Of a DNA stretch of 64,000 bases, positions 25,772 through 40,100 are shown one piece after another. Numbering within the stretch: the first letter of the stretch is position 1; every line of letters begins with the position of its first letter. The DNA comes from Pecten maximus (lineage: Eukaryota). The translations under genes were made by a program, and so were the position numbers. The stretch covers positions 18,724,001 through 18,788,000 of the forward strand of contig NC_047022.1 of the NCBI RefSeq assembly GCF_902652985.1. The letters run 5' to 3'. Below the pieces are notes generated by a model, which was not told where the DNA came from, ran no database searches, and saw nothing but the letters and a program-made list of their open reading frames with translations.

Positions 25772-27920
25772 TCAAATGTAAGTCTAACTTTCGATCGGAA
25801 ATCTTTTTCTCGGGAGACAGCATTTTATCAGTGTCTCATATCCCATTAGACTAGTGAGTATCGTTTCAACGAATCGTTTAAAAAACAAACAAAAAGCCAT
25901 CGATCGTGTAAGGTGCCATCGGCAGAGGAAACATAAATTGACAAATGTTAAAGTCGCTGTCAGCTTGGTAGTTACTTAACTTACTGTGTTAGCTGTGAAG
26001 CTATGTCCGAGACGAGGACCTCAACTACGTCCGAACTGGATGACTAACATACGGGATTTACAATAGGCAAACAACGGAAATTATATAGAATGTCAATCTA
26101 CATACTTTAAATAATTTGATAGACGAGAATTATAAGGAGCAGATTTCAAATTTGATAAAGCTTTTTTGATTTCCTAAAAATCCGCAATACATTAATTATA
26201 TTTCTGTTGTAAACAGTACTTCAATACGATTTGGTTAATACGGTTAGAATTGCTAGAAAGAAGTTAGGTTTTAAGACATTTTCTGGAGTCAGCAATACAC
26301 ATGGTTTCAAGGTTCTGAGAATCCAATATAAAAGAGTAAGGATCACATCCTCATCTTATCATTAGCAGAAATATTGAAATATTGCAATACCGAAACTTGT
26401 ATCATATAAACACGTCTTAGGGTTTGCAAACCTAGCTCCTTTTGCAAAGAGGAGATCTAATAGCGTATGCAGTCGGTCACGATACGCCAGGCAATAGTCT
26501 AGATCTATATATAGTCCAATGGTGTATTGAAAGCCAAAGTCATCTAAACCATATACTGTTTAAGTTGCGGAAAAAAATACTGACTTTTTTCTGCAGTTTT
26601 TTAATCTGAGTTTGATTCTTGACTGGTGACATAAGGAAAAATGTTCGTAAAATGCTATCCGTTTTACAACTTAAAATAGATAAACTTTTCGAGAAATCAA
26701 CAAAACCCAGTGTTTATTTTCTTAAGATCAAGGTAAATGAGAAGAAAACGGTATTCTTACTACATATGGATTATGATATGCCTACAGTATTGTGAACTCA
26801 GTGCCCACAGAATAACTGTGACGAGGATAAGGTGACACTGTTACAAACTTTATCGCCACTATATATGATGGCCGGAACATGTGGAACGTTTACAATGAAA
26901 CTAGGCATCGTGATCCCCCTTAAAAAATTGAATGTGTTAAAAAAAAATTCCATTGCGTTTGAAATTAATTATTTCTTCAGGTGTTTTAACCAGTATTGAA
27001 AACGTTTAGTGATAACTCAAAACAAAACAGGTGGACAATGATAGACGTCACCGTCAGTTTTGCGGTAACTATTTTGTGTGTCCTGTTTTGTTATGTAATC
27101 ATTTTGGACTTTGATAGGTCTCCCTTAAGGTCCATTCCATTGCGTTTGAAATGATAACTTTCTTCATGCATTTTAACCTGTATTGATAACCTTGGTGATA
27201 ACTCGACAAAACAGATGAACAATGGTGAACTTCACCGTCACTGTCGGTATTGTGATAACTGTCTTGTGTGCGTTTGTCGTTTGTCTTGACAAACATAAGA
27301 AGAGGATTATTTTGAGTGACCCCGACTACGTCCAATAGCAGATGACCCACATACAGGGTAAATTACAGACCATCTAGGCCAGGGTACAGTCTCAAAATGG
27401 TGGACTACAGACCCTACAGGTCACGGTAAAGTCTAAGAACGATGAACTACAGACCCTACAGGTCACGGTACAGTTACAGACGGTGAACTACAGACCCTAC
27501 AGGTCACGGTACAGTTACAGAACGGTGTACTACAGACCCTACAGGCCACGGTACAGTTACAGAACGGTGAACTACAGACCCTACAGGTCACGGTACAGTT
27601 ACAGACGGTGAACTACAGACCCTACAGGCCACGGTACAGTTAGAGAACGGTGAACTACAGACCCTACAGGTCACGATGCAGCCACAGAATGGTAAACTAT
27701 ACAGACCCTACAGGTCACGGAACAGTCACAGAACAGTGTACTACAGACCCTACAGGTCACGTTACAGTTAGAGAACGGTGAACAACTACAGACCCTACAG
27801 GTCACGGTACAGTCACAGAACGGTGAACTACAGACCCTACAGGTCACGGAACAGTCACATAACAGTGTACTACAGACCCTACAGGCCATGGTACAGTCAC
27901 AGAATGGTGAACTACAGACC
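25772..27920 (+). pseudogene. Segmental duplication copy B, with a decayed exon-1 copy (ATG 27222) and a ~12-unit 42-bp array (27397-27920)
   Basis: Same two TAG stops (27336, 27375) as copy A; the array ends abruptly at 27920. Confidence 0.85.
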
Positions 27921-28006
27921 AGTAAAAGATTAAAGCACTAGTCTGCAGATATTAGATCTCTCACTTCAACAACATGCTTTTACAACACAAACACACACCT
28001 CTTAGA

Positions 28007-28623
28007 ACAAGAGGTCCATGGGCCTTAACGGTCACCTGAGATTTGAAATATTTCAGTTAACTTAATTGACCCTTTTTGGCCCCGCCCACCAGCCCTAGGG
28101 GTCATTCAGGACCAACATGTGTATACCATCAAACTGCAATCACAAGCTGATAATGTTAACCAAGTTAGAATGAATTCCAATAGAAATCAAACAAATTATT
28201 GTCAAAAACGTTCTATGAAAACTATAGTAAAGTTTACCCCCTCCCCAGGGGCAAACGTGAGATCCCAGGGTCATGAAATTCACAATTTTGGTAAAGCACC
28301 TTAAGACCTTTCCATTTACATGTATGAAGAGTGTTTGATTCAACCATATCTGAGAGTAGAGAAGAAGATTTTTGAAGTTTTAGTCAATTTGACACTTTTT
28401 AGCCCCGCCCCTCAGGCCCCTGGGGTGGGGACCATATAATTCACACTTTTGGTTGACCTTTAGCCATAGAAGCTTACTGCCAAATTTCATTGAATTTGGT
28501 TTAGGGGTTTTGGAGAAGAAGTCGAAAATGTAAATTGTTTACGGACGGACGACGCACGACGCACGACGACGGACAAAAGGCGATTAGAATAGGTCACTTG
28601 AGACTTTGTCTCTGGTGACCTAA
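28007..28623 (+). mobile_element. Non-autonomous Helentron/HINE-type element
   Basis: 5' aacaagaggtccatgggccttaacggtcacctgag, internal repeats, (gacg)n microsatellite, and 3' hairpin aggtcacttgagac...gtctctggtgacct. Confidence 0.75.
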
Positions 28624-29033
28624 TAATTGGTTAAGTAATTTACATTCAAACAAAATATGACATTTGTACATTGTAACAAATTCAAAAGAAAGCTGAATAC
28701 ATAAATAACATCTTACTATTAAATAATTGTTTAAAATACATTATCACAATGTGTGTTCAGTCCTTCACTCAGACAAATACTGCTTTGCTAAAATCACACA
28801 CACCATAAGTTAAGTTAGTAAATTTAAATCCATCTAAATTAAACTTGAAATGAATGATAGCAACAAAATTAAACATAAAATCTTAAAATATTAATACCAT
28901 TTTTAAAAATACATTTTTCTTTCTTTCAATTCATAATCACAATGTATCACTATCACAGGTTCTGATAAATAAGATATCTACATAAGTCATTTCATGATAT
29001 CAAGGAGTGGAGAAATTCTTTGTCACAGGTAGT

Positions 29034-29610
29034 CTAACAAGCACTGGCTTTGTTTAGGGCAAATCCACAAATCCATTTCCTGGTGACTGCTGGGAGTACT
29101 GCCTCAAACATCTCTGACGAACATTTCAGTTTAACATTCAGTAGCCGGTTTAATGGGGTCTGGTGAGCTGTCTTAATTAACTTTACCTGAGAGAAGACTT
29201 TCTCAACTTCAGCTGTACTAAGTGAAATAACACAGGCCTTGGCATAAAGTGAGGAAATGTTTGGAAACAGTGCCTTCAGTCCCAAGTCATTCTGTCCGTG
29301 AAAAAGTTTGAGGCATGCCAGCATGTTACAGTAATTTTCTCTCTCAGTATTGAAGTTAAGGAAATATGTCCATTCTACTACTAAGGACTCCTCCTCATGG
29401 CTGTAGTGGTTTGCTAGATCTTCCATCTCCGACACTCCATAAAAGCAACCAGCAGACTCGATGGATGATATGTCCAGAATGGCAAGGTTGTCCATCTCCT
29501 CAGTGTCCTGGAAACGGTTCTCAATGTTGTTGATGAGAGTTGAGATGAATTGCTCCCTGGCCTGTTTACTGAAACTTTCCCTGGTCTTGGTGTCGGGAGT
29601 ATCCACTCCA
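29034..29610 (-). mobile_element. hAT transposase remnant (C-terminal dimerisation region, ZNF862-like)
   Basis: LINNIENRF...EW...LFPNISSLYAKACVISLSTAEVEKVFSQVKLIKT matches the hAT dimerisation consensus; 5' truncated. Confidence 0.8.
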
Positions 29611-29690
29611 CAATCCCGTAAAATTTCTAATTTCCAGATTAAGGCCAGGGCGCTGCGCCCTGTTAACCCGACCTAGCTGGAACACAGTCT

Positions 29691-30140
29691 GTCTTATAAA
29701 TGTAAGGGAATCTTCAATATTTGTTATTGTAACTTCGTACGGTACTGTCCTATGAATGAAAGGGAGTCTTCATTATTTGTTATTGTAACGTCGTACGATA
29801 CTGTCTTATAAATAAAAGGGAGTCTTCATTATTTGTTATTGTAACGTCGTACGATACTGTCTTATGAATGAAAGGGAGTCTTCATTATTTGTTATTGTAA
29901 CGTCGTACGGTACTGTCTTATGAATGAAAGGGAGTCTTCATTATTTGTTATTGTATCGTCGTACGGTACTGTCTTATGAATGAAAGGGAGTCTTCATTAT
30001 TTGTTATTATATCGTCGTACGATACTGTCTTATGAATGAAAGGGAGTCTTCATTATTTGTTATTGTAACGTCGTACGATACTGTCTTATGAATGAAAGGG
30101 AGTCTTCATTATTTGTTATTTTATCGTCGTATGATACTGT
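29691..30140 (+). repeat. 56-bp minisatellite, 8 copies
   Basis: Unit gtcttatgaatgaaagggagtcttcattatttgttattgtaacgtcgtacgatact. Confidence 0.92.
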
Positions 30141-30171
30141 AATTTTTCCATTAAGTTCATCGTTTGTTTAA

Positions 30172-31064
30172 AGCCACATACTCCCGAACAACCTAACATT
30201 CTAGCTGCATACGTGTATTAATGGCAATCCAAGATGTTCATTCACGCTCTCCCAACATTAAAATGACCACTGGCCTGGACGCTTGTCCGGGGTAGTCCTC
30301 GATACATCAGTGTATCAAAATAACTCGCCGCATTTATATTATAGCAAGATTTGTCACCGAGCCGAGAACGAGGCTATAACAACGTGCACTGCACATAAAC
30401 TACACACATGGCCGTTGTTTACATATCGAGCATACGTGAACTTTGCCAAATAATGCTTTCATTTAAACATACAAATGTATTAACAGAATATTCGCGTAAT
30501 ACTCAAGTAACTGAACAAAATAAACAAACATCGTTTACATTTAAATACTTAATTTTAAAATGTAGCAATATGCATACAACAAAACATCGATAAAATCTTA
30601 GATCGGTGAAGTTGACAATGTTCAAAAGCTAACCAGCAATCCAATCGACGTCCGGAAAAATCGGAATTCGAGTCTATTCCTTATTCTTCTCTCGTTAAGT
30701 GCCAACGAATCATTTCCTTTCCTAAGGAAATACTCGGGTTTTGCCGATTCCTCACACTTTTGTGTCTTTTTTTCCGCAGAATCTGTCTGCGTTTTCGCAG
30801 TTCCGCGCTTGCAGCGTTCCGCCATTTTGTATGGACTGTTAAACCCACGTGCACCTTTGCATTGCATTGTGGGACTAATTTTCAGAGAAACTTGGTCCGG
30901 CAGCCACAGTTATTACTTTTGGGAATTCCCCGTATACTTTCATAAATACACATTTTCTTTCAGTTTCTGATTCATGATAATCTGTTAGGTATATATCAAG
31001 TCCGAAAACTGTAAAAAGTTCAAAATGTAAACATTGATATATGTTTCTTCGTGAGTATGTGGCT
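30172..31064. mobile_element. Non-autonomous Kolobok-like DNA transposon
   Basis: TIRs ttaa|AGCCACATACTCcCGAA ... TTCGtGAGTATGTGGCT|taaa; short degenerate basic ORF remnant at 30622-30867 (-). Confidence 0.7.
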
Positions 31065-32553
31065 TAAATACCTTTTGTCAAATCAACTGAATTTAGATAT
31101 CACTCCGTCAACTGTTGATATATTTCGGTTTTTTTTTCTGGACGACTATCTCTAATACGTTTGATTTGAGTTGTACCTGCAATGATATACACGTAGTCAT
31201 TCACAACAGTAGCTTAAATTTTCAGCGAGCAATTAGACAAACTAATGTATATGTAAATATATCCTAATGTTTTGATATTACAACTGTGTGGTAAAAAGAT
31301 TTTCTTGATATAACGATAGCAATTATTCGTTTTTTTTCAACAAAGTAAAGAGGTTAAATTCAAAACATTTTTGCATTTTTTATCAGTTAATATCTTTTTG
31401 TAACTGGTCTAAAACACGAGGGCAAATACGAAGAAAATAGATTTGCGTAACGACCCTTACAGGTGCAGGGAGAATAGGATCAGGTGTTTCGGAAGACTAA
31501 GCGTCTTCTACTTCATCAAAGACACCTCCCATGCAAGTCATTGTTAAAAGACAAAGGAACTTAAATATAGGACTTCTTTATAGCAAACGGAATGAAATTA
31601 CAAGAAACTGGTGAATTGTCTTGAACACCTCGCCAGACTGTGAGCAGAACTAGAGTGGAAATATGGAATAGTCTGATAGACGACCAAGTACTGTTCCCTG
31701 ACAACATTGAGAACGGAACCATGATCCATATCCGTTTTGTTTTCAATGTTGAAAACTGACTCTCCATGTTCCATACCATGCCCTTATCGAGATCATTCAA
31801 AATAAAATTTAAAATATTCTTATTATGAAACAGGACTCCATGAAAACCCCCAATGCCATCCAACACTATAAGTATACATGTGTTACTGTTAAACATGAAG
31901 AGATATATTGTAAATATTACATAAATCTCAAGTTTTTGCTGAAATATTTCAAAATAATTTTCAAATAAGTTTATTTCCTACAAAACAAATAAAGTAATCA
32001 TTTAGATATTTCTTTTGTGCATCTAAACATTATGAAGTGGCATATTATGGTCGGCGGGAAACACGGAGACTTCGATAAGTTCGTAGTCACGGAAGTTTTC
32101 TCCGTTTTCGTTGATTATTCTGTAAGGGCCCTTTTCTCAGCCGCTGGCTCAAATGTAGATTTTATTAAGATTGGCACAGGACATTATCTTACTTTTGGGT
32201 TATCAATCGGAAATGGTTGAGATTCCAACCCTATAACTATACTGCCGATGGGTTACCCAAATCTACTACATGAATCTGACAAAATCATACTAATAACTTA
32301 TAATGTGAAAAGATGGGTTACTAGAATTGACTGGGATACTGAAAATACATCGTTGGAAAGTGGAAACCCACGGTTGTTTGCACTACGCTACGCTGGAAAT
32401 ATGGAAATGTGTGAATAATATTCGGAATATATTTTCAACGTTGGACATTGAAACGACAACAATTTTATTGAGTCACCATTTATGCAAAATCTATTACCCT
32501 TACCCAAAGGATGTTTCCGACAAAATTCCGATATTTCAATATTTCAATATTTC

Positions 32554-33033
32554 ATCGTCAGATTTTGCTTTGCTTTTTGTTTATTTTGACAACACAGTGT
32601 TAGCCCGTAGCCGCCTTGGCACTTTTCGAGCTTTGCTACATACCATTTGATAAATCCTGACAGCCTGATGAAGCACAGGTGGCCCACTGAGATAATGGAT
32701 GCACCATTCAATTCGTCTATTTTGACTGCACGTATTGTTTTCCTGGGGTCGACAATCAAGGTTGCCCAACCTTTCATTCTTTGAATCCGGTTATATGCAT
32801 GTCTCCACCCCTTAACCTTTGTACCTTATGGTTTTACCCACACATAACACCTATATAAGCTTACAAGGTCAAGTGGGCTGTCTTGAGCAATAGACCACCT
32901 GTGCTTTATCAGACAGTCGGAAATTATCAAATAGTATGTTAATTACCAGAGCAAAGCTCGAAAAGTGCCAAGGCGGTTATGGGCCAACACTGCGTTGGCA
33001 AAATAAACAAAAAGCAAAGCAAAATCTAACCAT
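32554..33033. mobile_element. Foldback/MITE-like element with ~135-bp inverted arms
   Basis: 32558-32690 is the imperfect reverse complement of 32888-33030. Confidence 0.75.
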
Positions 33034-34151
33034 AAAATCGGTCCGACACCGGGCAAAAAACAACTGCATATGCGGTTTTTCGACCACGTTTTTCTGGAAA
33101 ATTTGGACAAACATCGATTGCTTATGTGTATATTGTCCAGGCGTATATGTGCCGTCGTATGAAAGTAAGTCCTGGTCGTTTTACTATCTTTCGTAGACTT
33201 CGATTCTGGCATGCTATTGGCCTTATGTCATGCCTCTGGGGCTCTCAGCTCTTGAAAAACTTTAAAGAAAATTTAAACAAATTTGATTCCCTCTCTCAAA
33301 CTTGAAAGTAGGCCAAGACCATTCAATATCATTAACAGTGGTATCTTGTTCATGAAAGATTTTAACATATTTGACCCTTGTGACCTTAAAAGTAGGCTAA
33401 GGTCAATCCTTTGAACAAAGGTAGCTCTTTATGCCAGCATGCTTTATGCTCAATTTTATGACCCCATGTCTCTTATTAACAAGATATCATTACAAGAGAA
33501 ATTGAAGATTGTAACACATTTAACCGCTGTGACCTTAATGAACTTAATAGCAATAATCCAAGCCAGGCCCAATGTTTTAGACTGTTTTATTGCGAGCAAA
33601 AAAGAAAAAAAAAGAAAAGAAAAGAAGAACAGACGTGAGGTGTGCTTATAGAGGCAAACAGGCAGCCTCCAGGTGTACAAATTATGTTGAATGAGGCATA
33701 TAACCATCATCATAATTATACAATAAACAATTTATTCATCATTTCACTGCATTCTTCATCTACACAAGTTGCCAAATGGGAATGTAAAGTAATAACATTA
33801 TTTAATGACATTCTCCAGGTAATTTTGATTTTCTGTTCTATAGATATGGTACAGGTGTCTATTGGTTAGTAAAAACAGGCTTTTTAAAAGATTTTGATGC
33901 ATTTGACTTTGATGTAGGTTAGTTTGCGACACTTCCTGACACCATATATTCAGAATTTTACAGCAAATATTTAGTTGCTTTATTAAAGTTCCCTATATCA
34001 TATAGGAATAAAGAAGGTGTAATACAGATAATTTGCCAGGCTATGAAATTTACCACACTCAGTACCCTGTTAAAAGTGTCAAACATTTTGTCATCAATAT
34101 TGATCCTAGATTGAGTATCAGAAATTTCAGCTGTTTCCTGCACTACATCAT

Positions 34152-37100
34152 CTACCTTTTCTTTCCACCATAAACAACTTGATATAGTTTACATCTAACA
34201 TCACCCAGTTCATCGGGCGACTCCTCCCCTGAATCCTCCATATCTCCAGGTACTGGTGGATGCACAGACATTCCAACATCTCCTAATTTTAATTTATTTC
34301 TATAAATTTCAATTTTCTCAGTCACTTGTGAAAAAAAATCAGCTTTTTTGTCTTCAGATTTTAGAGACTCTGGCAATCCACTGGACAGATGCTTGTAATT
34401 AACAGCTAACCATGATGCCAAGATAGCCGTTAGATTGACCTTCATGTGCAAGTCACTCTTGGTTGATTTAAGAAATGGAATACGAGAGCTTTTAAGAAGA
34501 ACATCATGTTCCGAATCATAGAAGTAAATTACTATACCAGTACCTGCCACTCCAAAACACGGCAATAGAAAATGTTCATTCAATGGATGAATCTGTTTTT
34601 GAAGAAAAGAAAAAACCACAGTCTGAGCAATGAGTTGGTCACTATTTTCCAAACTACATGTAGAAGATTTCAATTTCATTCCTCCTAGAATTTCAGGATT
34701 TTCTTCATCATCTTCGATACTGCTAATTCCTATGTCTTGGTTGACAATGATATTCAACTGCCCATGCCATACTTCTTCATTACCTGTAAAACAAAAACAT
34801 GCAGTTATACATTAAAATCAGTATATCTCTCTTCCTACATTCCTTTAAAGGGGCCACGATAGCTCAGTCAGTTAGAGCGCTGGCCACCTAGCCTCAGGTG
34901 AAGATCCGAGGTGCATGGGTTCGAAGCTTCTGACCCTTGTTGCTTTGTGTTTCTTGGGAAGCTGCGAAACAGGCCGATCTGTGCTGTCGTGTACTTGGGC
35001 AAGATACTTTAGCCTAATTGCGCTGGATGACATTTGAAGGGCCTCTCGCATGTTGTTTTAGTGAGGTAGTCACCAACTACTACAAGGAGATCCTGCCTCA
35101 AAATCACCCTGGCTGTTCACAGGGCAATAAACCCAGCAAACAAACAAGCAAAATTTATTGTAAGGCACTTAAGTACCTGATAATTTTTCCTTTATTTTTT
35201 TTTTTGCTTCAGTCCAAGTAGTGTTTCCATATATTTTCACTTTATTACTGTCAGTGATGAAAATTGAAAATGATTGTAAATATAATAGAAGTAATATATA
35301 AATACACAACCAATATGATAAGAGTGTGGCGTTTCGATGACTACACTGTCACCTTTGTACTAGCACTGACATATATGTAGTGTCTGAGGGGGTAATAGAC
35401 TTTTTTTTTTTTATTCAAATTTTTTCCACATAATCACATACATCTATACATCGCATATGTAATTTGATATATTATTATTCACATTACAACTTACTATTCA
35501 ATGACAATTCTAAATAGATTATTTAAATTTTCCTTATATTCCTAATAAGAATGTACAGTACATTACACATGTAAAAATGAAAGGACATGTATTTTTGTTA
35601 CCTCATGAAACATGGTAAAATTTTAAAACAGAAACTGTGTAGTTTACAAACCCATTGGTTTAGCAATAGATAAAAATTAAGTAATTTACCAGCCAGCTAA
35701 TTTGTTATCTTTATATTTTACCTTTTCCCTTTTACTGACCTTATCTTTATAATCCTAATATACATGTACAAGTACAACATATGTAAAATATGGATATGTA
35801 CCTGTTGTTACCTCATGAAACATGGTAAAATTATAAACAGAAACTGTGTAGTTTACAAACCCATTGGTTTGACAATAAACAAATATTTGCGTAATTTGCC
35901 AACCAGCTAATTATTTGTTAAACTTAAAAGTTGATTAATAAAAATCCATTTATATTTTACCTTTACTGAACTTTTCTTTACATTCATAATAAGAATGTAC
36001 AGTATATTACACATGTAAAATATGAACATGTATCTGCTAATTGTTACCTCACGAAAACATGGTAAAACTGTAAACAGAAACTGTGTAGTTAACAAACTCC
36101 TTGGTTTGCCAAAAGTACAAAAATTGTGTAATTTACCATCCAGTTAACTTAAAAGTTGATTAATAAAAATCCATTTATATTTTACCTTTTCTTGTTTTTT
36201 ATGATGATATGTATATAATCCCATATCTTCTATTTTATTGTAATGGTTGATGTATTTTTTGCTTTCAGAAAATATTGGAGTTGTGTTTTCCAATTTACAC
36301 AAATATATATAGTATCTCATAAGCAGCAATAGAAAGTTTATTTCATAATTATGTTTTATGTCTGTCACACCAAAAAGAAAGGTCATTGGATGTCTAGGTA
36401 AAGTTATTTGGCATTTGTTTTCCAACATTTCCATAAACAAAAGCCAGAAAGTTTTAACAACACTACATTCCCAAAATAAATGAAGAATAGTTTCTCTTCC
36501 AATTGTGCAGAAGGTACATCTTTCAGTTTCTGAAAGTTTACATTTCATCAACTTAGTGTTGGTATACAATATCCTGTGTACTAGTTTATAATGAAAGTTA
36601 ATAAGTTTAGTATCATCAGTTACCTCCCTTGGTAGAAGATAAAGTAATTCCCAAGTTTCCTCACTGATGTCAGTACATGTATTTAATATTTCTTGCCACT
36701 TTCTTTGGCTATTAATTGGTTTTTCAGAAAGAGGTCTGATCATAATATGATAAAAATATTTAGTGACTTTATCGTGTGTATTCAAATAATTAATCAAAGA
36801 CTTATATGGAATTATAGGTATATCTACAATACCATTACTATTCCGTAGAATGTCCTTCCAGTTTCTTGGTATGGCATTAATAACACCAAAGTATTCTATA
36901 AAGTTTACATTTATACTGTATTTATGAGAAAAGTTTCATAGGACATAAATTGATTGTTTTCTAATAAATCTGAGACAAAAAATATATCTTTTTTACACCA
37001 GTGTTCATAGAGAAAAAAATCTATTGCCTCTTTTAATATAGTTATTGAGAAAAATAGGTTGTGATATTATTTCTTCGGGGGTTGTGGGGGATACATGTTC

Positions 37101-40100
37101 TTGTATAGAGGCCCAAGATAGGTAATAGACTTAATATACTGTTATGGATGTTTCACCTCTATCATGATCCTATTACAAGATGGTATGATGTACTGTAGTC
37201 GAATTGGCTATGCTTTGTTTAACACTTGGTCATAAATGTGCAAGAGTCTGTGGATAATTTGTGAACAAACTAAAGAGTTTAAAAGTTATCAAATAAACAA
37301 AAACGTGCAAAGCAATAATAATCCATTTCTCAATTTAATCAAATCATAGAAAAACAAAATTTATTTAATTTGAGGAATGATGCTACATTACAGCCATGTA
37401 ACCTCTGGTGAAGATCGGAGTTACATGGTTCGCCACTCCCTACAAGTGTTAGTTTGAGGCTTCTGACCAAATTTGGACTAAAAGCTGTCATTCATACAGA
37501 AAAATAAGGATATAAAATGATTTCATAAATTTCCCCTCTTAGACCCCATCCCTCAGATTCCTGGGGGATTAGATCCTTCGTTTATACGCTTTATTAAACC
37601 GTGCTAAAAACAGTAGTTTCTGACTACATATAGCAACTTTTGCAAAAAGTCGATAGACAACAGACGGATGATGGACAAAAGACAGGTGAATGGCAACAAA
37701 TGGGTTATAGCGCTATAGACAACAAACAGGTTACAGACACCTGGTGAATGATAGAAGGGTGACTGACTTGATGACTAACAACAGATGAGTGACAGACAAA
37801 AGACGGATGACAGACAACAGATGGATGACAGACAACATATTGATGACAGACAACAGATGAATGACAGACAACAGACAGATGACAGCCAAGAGATGGATGA
37901 TAGACAACAGATGGATGAGATCCTTCATTTATACGCTTTATTAAACCGTGCTAAAAACAGTAGTTTCTGACTACATATAGCAACTTTTGCAAAACGTCGA
38001 TAGACAACAGACGGATGATGGACAAAAGACAGGTGAATGGCAACAAATGGGTTATAGCGCTATAGACAACAAACAGGTTACAGACACCTGGTGAATGATA
38101 GAAGGGTGACTGACTTGATGACTAACAACAGATGAGTGATAGACAATAGACGAATGACAGACAATAGACAGATGACAGACAACACATGGATGACAGACAA
38201 CAGACGGATGACAGACAACATATGGATGACAGACAACAGACAGATGACAGACAACAGATGGATGACAGACAACAGATGGATGAGAGACAACAGATGGATG
38301 ACAGACAACAGATGGATGAGAGACAACAGATGGATGACAGACAACAGACGGATGACAGACAACAGACGGATGACAGACAACAGATTGATGACAGACAACA
38401 GATGGATGACAGACAACAGTCAGATGACAGCCAAGAGATGGATGACAGACAATAGACGGATGAGTGACAACAGACAGATGACATACAACAGATGGATGAC
38501 AGACAACAGACGGATGGCAGACAACAGATAGATGAGAGACAACAAATGGATGACAGACAACAGACAGATGAGAGAAAACAGACGGATGACAGACAAACAA
38601 CAGACAGATGAGAGACAACAGACAGATGACAGAGAACAGGCAGATGACAGATGACAGACAACAGGTGGATGACAGACAACAGACGGATGACAGACAACAG
38701 GCGGATGACAGACAACAGGCGGATGATAGATGACAAACAAGAGAAAGATGACAGCCAAGAGATTGATGACAGATGGGTGATGGATGGCATAGAAGCTCAC
38801 GAGATGTTTGACTAAACACCGGATGAAAACCAAGAAGACTACCATTTTGTTTGGGGGTAATAAATATGTCTCATCATAATTACATCCTATATGGGAAAGG
38901 ATCAGGCACAAAATACATGAATGATTTGCAGCTGAACGTTGTTAATTAAGTCATTGTGTATACTAATGTAGTGTTGCAGCACAGTACACTTTTGATTGGA
39001 AGTGTTGTTCTGATTAATCACTGGTAAGTTGTTCAAACTCTGATTATGACTGATCAATAATAATTTCCTTTGATAATCTTGCCATTATTAAGATTTACAG
39101 CAGACTTGAAAAGTAATTAAATGAACAAAAGTACCGATAAATATACATCAAAATACTGACAAATATGCATCAAAATATTGATAACAGTACATCAAAATAT
39201 TAATAAATATACCTCAAAATACTGATAAATATGCATCACAATACTGATAAACATCATCAAAATACTGATAAATCTACATCAAAATACTGATAAACATCAT
39301 CAAAATACTGATATATATACATCAAAATATTGATATACAACAAAATATTGATGAATATACATCAAAATATTGATAACCATTCTAAAACAGAGCTAGATTC
39401 CTTTAAACATATCCAACACATTTTTCACATTCTGATGAACTTGTAGATGTTTCAAGTTCTGTTCATGATCAATCAATAGTTCAATCAATCATCGAAAGTT
39501 TGAGAAATTGTAATGATCTATCATAACTATTAAAGTGATTAGGCCTAAGAAATAGCTTTGTTACCCGTAAGCTGACCCTCCCTATTTTGAACATAATTAT
39601 GTAAAAAGCATTTTTTCGGAAAAAGCATTTACTGGAGGCACAAGTGCATGCAGTCCTTGAACTGTGTAAAAAGTTTTAAGAAAATCCATTGAAAACAAAG
39701 CAAATGCATAGCCGGACAAGCTAGTAACCATTTTTTACATAAAGGGGCATAACTCTGTAAAAAGGTTTTTTTTCGGAAGAAACCGTTACTGGAGACACAA
39801 CCTCATGCCATCTTTCAACTCTGTATAAAGTTTCAAGAAAATCCATCAAAAATTAAGTGAATGCATAGCCGGACAAAATTATGACACATTTTGTATGAAA
39901 AAGGGGCATAACTCTGTTAAAAAGGGCTAAATCGCAAAATCACTGCAGGGGACACAAGTTCATATGGTCTTCTAACTATATACCAAATTTGAAATCCATA
40001 AAGAAATGAACGAATGCATAGCCGGACAAATTTTGTGACAGACGGACGGACGGACGGACGGACAAGGTGATTCCAGTATACCCCCCTAACTTCGTTGCGA

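Noticed and set aside
29691-30140. CRISPR-like regular repeats (also the arrays at 6.2, 16.5 and 21.5 kb)
   Set aside because: Head-to-tail units without unique spacers, no cas genes, eukaryotic context.
38052-38911. Multiple overlapping repetitive ORFs on both strands
   Set aside because: By-products of an 18-bp (multiple of 3) minisatellite inside an intron.
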